Part shown: in pieces, positions 25,491-31,168 of the stretch | Position numbering within the stretch: position 1 is the stretch's first letter | How the letters are laid out: every line of letters starts with the position of its first letter | NCBI GenBank assembly: GCA_964554485.1 | Contig: CAZKOX010000002.1 | Location: 21,146 to 85,145 of the forward strand | Length of the DNA: 64,000 bases | Reading direction: 5' to 3' | From: an uncultured Candidatus Saccharibacteria bacterium | GTDB taxonomy: Bacteria > Patescibacteriota > Saccharimonadia > Saccharimonadales > JAGQMS01 | Made by a program: the position numbers and the translations under genes | Notes under the pieces: generated by a model | What the model was told of the DNA's origin: nothing | Databases searched by the model: none | The model's input: the letters and a program-made list of their open reading frames with translations, nothing else

Positions 25491-25581
25491 TGGCGGAAGA
25501 GGTGGGGTTCGAACCCACGTTGGTTTTTACACCAAACACGATTTCGAATCGTGCGCCTTCAACCAGCTCAGCCACTCTTCC
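25491..25581 (-). tRNA. tRNA-Ser (anticodon CGA), class II, CCA encoded
   Basis: Manual fold: acceptor GGAAGAG/CTCTTCC, anticodon arm CACGA-TTCGAAA-TCGTG, long variable arm, T arm GTGGG-TTCGAAC-CCCAC, then GCCA. Confidence 0.85.
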
Positions 25582-25663
25582 TCGATTAAGCATTGTAACA
25601 GATTGAATAAAAAGTTGTCTCGTGGTACTATCACCCCTGTTCCTTTACGTACTATATTTTTAT

Positions 25664-25740
25664 GTACCCGTAGCTCAGCTGGATAGAGCGTTGGCTTGCG
25701 GAGCCAAAGGTCGTAGGTTCGAATCCTGTCGGGTACACCA
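25664..25740 (+). tRNA. tRNA-Arg (anticodon GCG by manual fold), CCA encoded
   Basis: Acceptor GTACCCG/CGGGTAC, D arm GCTC-AGCTGGATA-GAGC, anticodon arm TTGGC-TTGCGGA-GCCAA, T arm GTAGG-TTCGAAT-CCTGT (two G-U pairs), then ACCA. Confidence 0.8.
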
Positions 25741-25746
25741 TTATTT

Positions 25747-26073
25747 ATGACAATAAAATTTCATCGTAAATAAGTTCGGGATAATATCCCAGAGATTATT
25801 AGAGCGAATGGCGCAAAGCCGGATTTTCGTGTTATCACCGATAATTTCGAGTATCTCGAAGCACTTACAGCAAAGCTAGTCGAGGAAACACACGAAGTCG
25901 TTAAAGATCCTAGCCTCGAAGAACTAGCCGATGCATTCGAAGTTATTCGCGCTATTGCCATTGCTCTTGGATATACTCCTGAAGAACTTGAAGCGGCTCG
26001 AGCCCAAAAAGCCGAAGAGCGTGGTGGCTTCGAAGGCCGTGTATGCTTAATTTCTACCGAAGAGAGTCATTAG
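25747..26073 (+). pseudogene. MazG-like all-alpha NTP pyrophosphohydrolase gene interrupted by an in-frame TAA at codon 9
   Basis: Manual translation: MTIKFHRK*VRDNIPEIIRANGAKPDFRVITDNFEYLEALTAKLVEETHEVVKDPSLEELADAFEVIRAIAIALGYTPEELEAARAQKAEERGGFEGRVCLISTEESH. The TAA (25771-25773) sits where I expect a Leu codon (TTA), judging from a remembered K-L-V-R-D-x-I-P pattern in this family. There is no in-frame ATG/GTG/TTG downstream. Confidence 0.6.
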
Positions 26074-26627
26074 AAGTGGATGCGGTGGAGGAACTTGTCG
26101 ATAAGGCCTGGTTCGTGGTTTTCGAAAGGCACAAAAGCGCTAAGTGTATCAATAATTTTTTCGCCGTCATCTGGTGCAAAATAAACGCTCAGTGGTGGAG
26201 CCCAGCGTTTAGTTGGCAATAATATTATGCTTTCGATAGGTCCTTCACTAACAACCGCAAACGATCGAAACTCTTCATAAGGGGCATATCGTTCGCCGAC
26301 AGTAATCCCGGCACCACCAATACTATATTCTAGTACTCTAGGCTTTCGAGCAGCTCCAACACCAAAGATGAATGCTAAAATCGCGATTATAACGGTGGCG
26401 AATATGTCTCGGGTTAATAAATAAACCACAGCAGCAATTACTAAACCAGCACCAGCCAGACCTAAAAACCAGCCCGAAGTCTTTTGGTGATCAATAAATT
26501 CTGATGCTGTCCATCTTATTTCTACCGGTTCTTCCGCTGCTTGAAGTTCGGGCGTACGCTGCGTGCTGGAGTAGTCGGCCGTGGCATCAGGACGGTCGTA
26601 AAGTTGTTTTTCGCTGTCACTATCCAT
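26070..26627 (-). CDS. Hypothetical two-TM membrane protein
   Basis: The track ORF starts at a TTG at 26654; the ATG at 26627 (MDSDSEKQ) is more likely. TM pair is WFLGLAGAGLVIAAVVYLL and IFATVIIAILAFIFGVGA. No family recognised. Confidence 0.5.
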   Translation of the reverse strand: MDSDSEKQLYDRPDATADYSSTQRTPELQAAEEPVEIRWTASEFIDHQKTSGWFLGLAGAGLVIAAVVYLLTRDIFATVIIAILAFIFGVGAARKPRVLEYSIGGAGITVGERYAPYEEFRSFAVVSEGPIESIILLPTKRWAPPLSVYFAPDDGEKIIDTLSAFVPFENHEPGLIDKFLHRIHF

Positions 26628-26663
26628 AAGCCTTATTGTAGCATCACCACACAATTTGCATCA

Positions 26664-26819
26664 GCTAAGCCTGCTCTTTGGCGGAGCCAAAGACACCGCT
26701 TAGCTTCTTGGCCATTTTCAGTCCTTGAAGTCCAGTACTCGCATCAACGTACTATTTGTACGTCTTGCTCCGTGCTTCCTTCAAGTACCGAAACTGACCT
26801 AAGTGCAAAATGCGTGGGC
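26664..26819. repeat. Intergenic structured repeat, copy B (5' hairpin module plus core module)
   Basis: Outer stem GCTAAGC (26664-26670) / GCTTAGC (26698-26704). Inner hairpin CTTTGGC-GGA-GCCAAAG (26676-26692). The core is as in copies A and C. Confidence 0.7.
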
Positions 26820-26875
26820 TAAATAATAAAGACTTCATTTTTAAGAGGTCATGAGATAATATAGTCCGGAAGCAC

Positions 26876-26970
<95 letters not shown>

Positions 26971-26990
26971 TTGCTTTTAATTTATGTTCT

Positions 26991-27080
26991 GGAGAGGTGA
27001 CCGAGTGGTTTAAGGTACTTGTCTTGAAAACAAGCGTGCCTGCAAGGGTACCGTGAGTTCGAATCTCACCCTCTCCGCCA
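26991..27080 (+). tRNA. tRNA-Ser (anticodon TGA), class II, CCA encoded
   Basis: Acceptor GGAGAGG/CCTCTCC, anticodon arm CTTGT-CTTGAAA-ACAAG, long variable arm, T arm GTGAG-TTCGAAT-CTCAC. Confidence 0.85.
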
Positions 27081-27090
27081 GGAAGGAAAG

Positions 27091-27121
27091 GCTCACCATT
27101 TATGGTGGGCTTTTGCTTTTT
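27091..27121 (+). terminator. Intrinsic terminator after the tRNA-Ser pair
   Basis: GCTCACCA ttta TGGTGGGC followed by TTTTGCTTTTT. Confidence 0.6.
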
Positions 27122-27148
27122 CGTTCGAGAAAGTGGGTGATTCGGACA

Positions 27149-27198
27149 GTGGAGTTCGGTCTCGCCCCAGCGAGTGCACTTTCTCACCCTCTCCGCCA
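27149..27198 (+). repeat. Degenerate T-arm plus a 17-nt direct repeat of the tRNA-Ser(TGA) 3' end
   Basis: TCTCACCCTCTCCGCCA at 27182-27198 is identical to 27064-27080. GTGGAGTTCGGTCTCGCC at 27149-27166 resembles the T arm GTGAGTTCGAATCTCACC. Confidence 0.65.
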
Positions 27199-27202
27199 TT
27201 TA

Positions 27203-28309
27203 TTACTGAATTTTTGGAACTGGCTTCGACTCTTTTGGTTTTTCTTCAACTGGAGCTGGGTGCTCTGGTTCTTTATTTTCAATATCCTCAGCTTCCGGGT
27301 TCTTTTTCTTCTGGGTGATGTAAATCACAGCGAAGATTACAGATACAGCAATATATATCCCACCGAATATCATGTTCCATTTTCCGGTCGAAGAACTTAC
27401 TTCTCGAATAAGTGGGAATAGAATATTTTCGGCAAGACCGTTATCGCCACCACCTGCGGTGCGTTCAAGAATACTTTCCCTTAGCAAAATACTTGTCCCG
27501 CCGAAGAGCAATAATAAGCCTCCGACGATACCGAAGAACCAGCTCAAAATCTTAAATCCATTACGTTTTGGTCGACACAAGACAACAATAAGCGCTGAGT
27601 TTATAGCAACCAGAATTGCTAACAAAACAGGAGAACTTCTTAACCAACCGAATATCCTCGGTGCGTTTGAAAAAGCCTCATCAATCGGCTTGTTTTGGCC
27701 GCCAAAATCTAGTTTGACGTCTTCGTTACTTAGCGTGGTGTCGGGCAAGACATCCTGACTGCTAGCAATCTCAGACTTAAACTGTTCAATTTGAGCACTT
27801 GCGTCAGCTCCTGACGGCAAACAGGTTGCCGAGAACGGATCAAATTCTTCCATACTTTCGCCACTCTGACAGGCTGGCAAGCTGGCTACTCTGGCAAGTC
27901 CTTCGACGCCAAGGGCGTCAATAAAAGCCTGTTTTTCTTCATTAAAGTCTAGGTTAAAAACTAGAGTGTCGGTCTTCCCTTCTAACCAGTTGTAGGCACT
28001 GTCAAGAACTGTTTCAACATCTTCTTTTAGTGTTGTCGGTGGAAAGGCTTTTTTGGCAGCTCGAGTTAGGGCGTCGACGTCAAAACCGCCTTCCGGATTT
28101 TCGCCACCTCGGTTGGTTTGATCCTGCTTAACTAGGTTAGCTAGTTCAGTAACAAAATTGTCATAAACCTTACTTTCATTCAACCAGGTTTTTGTAACTT
28201 CACGATCGAGGATTGTCATTCGAGCTGTCCAAATTCCAGCGTTAAGAAATATTAGTCCGCCAAAACCAAGCACTAATAAGGATAAAAATATTTTTCTTAA
28301 GGTATTCAC
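27203..28309 (-). CDS. Hypothetical polytopic membrane protein
   Basis: 368 aa. N-terminal TM, a large extracytoplasmic segment, three to four C-terminal TM helices and a charged KPKESKP tail. Confidence 0.5.
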   Translation of the reverse strand: MNTLRKIFLSLLVLGFGGLIFLNAGIWTARMTILDREVTKTWLNESKVYDNFVTELANLVKQDQTNRGGENPEGGFDVDALTRAAKKAFPPTTLKEDVETVLDSAYNWLEGKTDTLVFNLDFNEEKQAFIDALGVEGLARVASLPACQSGESMEEFDPFSATCLPSGADASAQIEQFKSEIASSQDVLPDTTLSNEDVKLDFGGQNKPIDEAFSNAPRIFGWLRSSPVLLAILVAINSALIVVLCRPKRNGFKILSWFFGIVGGLLLLFGGTSILLRESILERTAGGGDNGLAENILFPLIREVSSSTGKWNMIFGGIYIAVSVIFAVIYITQKKKNPEAEDIENKEPEHPAPVEEKPKESKPVPKIQ

Positions 28310-28351
28310 TACCTTCTATTGTACTACTGCTTAACGAGTTACAATATACCT

Positions 28352-28756
28352 ATGGCCGATTCAATCTTTACAAGAATTATCAAAGGCGAAATTCCCTGCC
28401 ACAAAATCTATGAGGACGATCGGGTAATCGCCTTTCTAGATATCCATCAGATTCAACCCGGCCATGTGCTTGTAGTGCCTAAAACACAGATTGGTCGTGT
28501 GTGGGAGTTGTCGGAAGAAGATTATCATTACCTGATGAGTGTGGTTAAACATATCGCAAGCCACATGAAGAAAATTCTTAATTCTCAGAGAATTGGAATG
28601 TTCGTCGATGGCTACGAGACTGCGGACCATGCCCATATTCACCTTCTTCCATTAACTGAAGGCATTGAACGTGCCTTTGTAGAATATGCTAATAACGATC
28701 AAAAAGAGCCAAACCACGGAGCCTTAGCAGAGATCGCTAAAAAATTAGCTTTCTAA
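28352..28756 (+). CDS. HIT-family (histidine triad) nucleotide hydrolase
   Basis: MADSIFTRIIKGEIP.. and the HAHIHLLP histidine triad. The track ORF begins 33 nt upstream, at 28319. Confidence 0.85.
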   Translation: MADSIFTRIIKGEIPCHKIYEDDRVIAFLDIHQIQPGHVLVVPKTQIGRVWELSEEDYHYLMSVVKHIASHMKKILNSQRIGMFVDGYETADHAHIHLLPLTEGIERAFVEYANNDQKEPNHGALAEIAKKLAF

Positions 28757-28757
28757 A

Positions 28758-29483
28758 CTAGCTTGAAGTAACGATTGAGCCGTAAGTAGTATCTCCCGCA
28801 ATAACGCCAAGCACGCTTTCGACGTCAGGACGACAAACAGCCACTGTAATTTGATGTTCTCGAGCCAATGCTAATGCTGTCTTGTCCATAACTTTAATCT
28901 GTGGATTTCTTAGCGCTTCATCAAGTGTCAAGCGTGGTATTCTCTCGGCGCTAGTCGATAGTTTAGGGTCTGCAGTATATACACCATCCACATCAGTAGT
29001 TTTAACAACTAACCTGCAACCTAATTCGTATCCTACGGCAACCGTAGCGGTATCGGTAGAGAACCCAGCAGATCCCATTCCTCCTGTAACTATCACTACC
29101 CTTCCTGGTTTTCCTAATTCTGCTAACCCGCGTTTTACGCTGTAGGACTCAACAAAACTTCGTACATCAACTTTACCCAAGATCGTCGGGGTTACGCCGT
29201 TGTCTCTTTCCTGAAGTAGTTGGCCTAAGAAAAGCCCATTCTGTACCGTAGCTAGCATTCCAAGCTGGTCGGCGATAATGCCGTCTTTAAAACCATGCTT
29301 AACTAATTTTGGTCCACGAATAACATTACCTCCACCAACAACACAAGCTACTTGCTGACGATTTCTCACCAATGCTTCAATTACATTGCAAATCCTGCCC
29401 GCCTGTTCAACGTCAAAATTATATTCGTCAGAACCGAGCTGTTCGCCGGAGACTTTTAGCATTACTCTGTCAAAACCTGGCAT
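28758..29483 (-). CDS. pyrH: UMP kinase
   Basis: 241 aa. MLKVSGEQLG.., VVGGGNVIRG and TTDVDGVYTADP motifs of the amino-acid kinase fold. Confidence 0.85.
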   Translation of the reverse strand: MPGFDRVMLKVSGEQLGSDEYNFDVEQAGRICNVIEALVRNRQQVACVVGGGNVIRGPKLVKHGFKDGIIADQLGMLATVQNGLFLGQLLQERDNGVTPTILGKVDVRSFVESYSVKRGLAELGKPGRVVIVTGGMGSAGFSTDTATVAVGYELGCRLVVKTTDVDGVYTADPKLSTSAERIPRLTLDEALRNPQIKVMDKTALALAREHQITVAVCRPDVESVLGVIAGDTTYGSIVTSS

Positions 29484-29593
29484 ATCTACAAAATAGTATA
29501 TGGACTGAAGACAATGTATACAAAAGCGTTTTAAGCACGAAATAAATACAATTTTGAATAGAAAACTAGCCGGATAGTGCTAGAATTAGTTTA

Positions 29594-30445
29594 ATGAACG
29601 AGGTGGAACTCGGCCGTGCTATCCAAGCGGCCCGAAAAAAGATTGGTCTGACTCAGCAGGAGCTATGTCAGAAAACCGGCATTTCTTATTCGACATTGGC
29701 TAAAATTGAACGCGGTGCCATTAAAAGTCCCAGTGTTTTTACGGTTGTTAATATTGCCGCTGTTTGTGGACTGTCAGTCGAGGAATTGGCCGGTACAAGT
29801 ACTTCTCAAAATAAAGAAGTAACTAAGCGTGATCTTAAACGAGCAAAGAACGGAATTCAATTTATATTTTTCGATATTAACGGATGTATGGTGCGGTTTT
29901 TCCAGACTGCTTTTACGAGCATTGCAGCCGATTATGGCGTTTCGCCTGAGTTAATAGAAGGTGCTTTTTGGCATTATAACGACTCTGCTTGTCGTGGCGA
30001 GATGAGCATTGATGATTTCAGCAAACTTCTCGCCGAACGCGTAGGCCTAGAGTCGATCGATTGGGACAAATACTATCTCGACGCCGTTCAACCCATTCGT
30101 GAAGCTCAGGACGCGCTTGTATGGGCTAGTAAATCATTTAAGGTCGGCTTACTTACGAATATTATGTCTGGTCAAATTGATTCCCTACTCCAAAAAGGCC
30201 TGTTACCAAAAATTGACTATGACGTTATTGTTGATTCTTCCAAGATCGGAGCAATTAAGCCAGAGGCGCATATCTATGAGCTGGCAGCTAAGCTAGCTGG
30301 TGCAGATCCTGGGAGTATTTTGCTTGTCGACGACAGTCGGGCCAATCTAATGGCTGCCGAAAAAATGGGCTGGCACTCTCTTTGGTTTGATGACTTTCGG
30401 CCAACCGAATCAATCGACAAATTCAAAGAACTCCTCGAAGTCTAA
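29594..30445 (+). CDS. Fusion protein: XRE-type HTH domain plus HAD-superfamily hydrolase domain
   Basis: N-terminal LTQQELCQKTGISYSTLAKIERG. C-terminal FIFFDINGCM (DxD-like motif I variant) and LLVDDSRANL (motif IV-like). Confidence 0.6.
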   Translation: MNEVELGRAIQAARKKIGLTQQELCQKTGISYSTLAKIERGAIKSPSVFTVVNIAAVCGLSVEELAGTSTSQNKEVTKRDLKRAKNGIQFIFFDINGCMVRFFQTAFTSIAADYGVSPELIEGAFWHYNDSACRGEMSIDDFSKLLAERVGLESIDWDKYYLDAVQPIREAQDALVWASKSFKVGLLTNIMSGQIDSLLQKGLLPKIDYDVIVDSSKIGAIKPEAHIYELAAKLAGADPGSILLVDDSRANLMAAEKMGWHSLWFDDFRPTESIDKFKELLEV

Positions 30446-30532
30446 ATCTAACAACACAAGAGAAAACTAGTTTTTCTACTCTGTTGTTAGGAGGAGGGGC
30501 GAACCCCTCCCCCAATACAACTCTCTGTCGCC

Positions 30533-30961
30533 TCAGGCCACAAACCACGAACCTTGGGTTGCGGGGTTGGCGTTGTGGCGGATGAGCGCTTCGATTTCTG
30601 CGCAGTTGCAGGCGCTTACCTGCTCATCGCAGATGCCATTGCAGACGCCATCTTCCAGGTCATCTTCCGGAACATCGGCGAAGTACAGGTCGTCCTCGAG
30701 ACGATCGACTTCCGCTTCTTGTTCCCGCCTGGCCAACTGGTCTTGTTCGGCTTTCCAGGTGGCCCACACAGCTTCATCGTCAGCCTGTTCTTCTGCGCAG
30801 CAGGTGTCGAAGTAAGCGCTACTTGCAGCTTCTTCGTCTGCGACGAACCTGTCCCAGTCGGCGTTCAGGTCAGTGTTGATTTGACGCTGAAGTGCACGCT
30901 CGCGCTCGGCGTATCTCTTGAGTCCGAAGGCGCGGAGCGTCCTCATCATGAACATGTACAT
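30533..30961 (-). CDS. Hypothetical acidic Cys-containing protein encoded in a GC-rich islet
   Basis: 142 aa, rich in D/E, with GC3-rich codons (GAC, CTC, GCC, TTC). A GC-rich hairpin GGAGGGG cgaa CCCCTCC (30494-30511) lies downstream. Confidence 0.5.
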   Translation of the reverse strand: MYMFMMRTLRAFGLKRYAERERALQRQINTDLNADWDRFVADEEAASSAYFDTCCAEEQADDEAVWATWKAEQDQLARREQEAEVDRLEDDLYFADVPEDDLEDGVCNGICDEQVSACNCAEIEALIRHNANPATQGSWFVA

Positions 30962-31168
30962 TAGTGCCCCTTTGTTGAGTTGATCTGTTGATCTTAGCGA
31001 TTGGGGAAAAATTCACGAGTTTGCATGCATTTATTCCCAATCACCCACCTCTTTATAAGGAGCTACTTTACAGAGAGTTGATTGTAAAATTGCTCGAGAC
31101 AAGAAATCTTATCTCGAATAGACAGATTATAGCACTTATGTCTATTTTTGTCAATCTAAGCTACGTAA

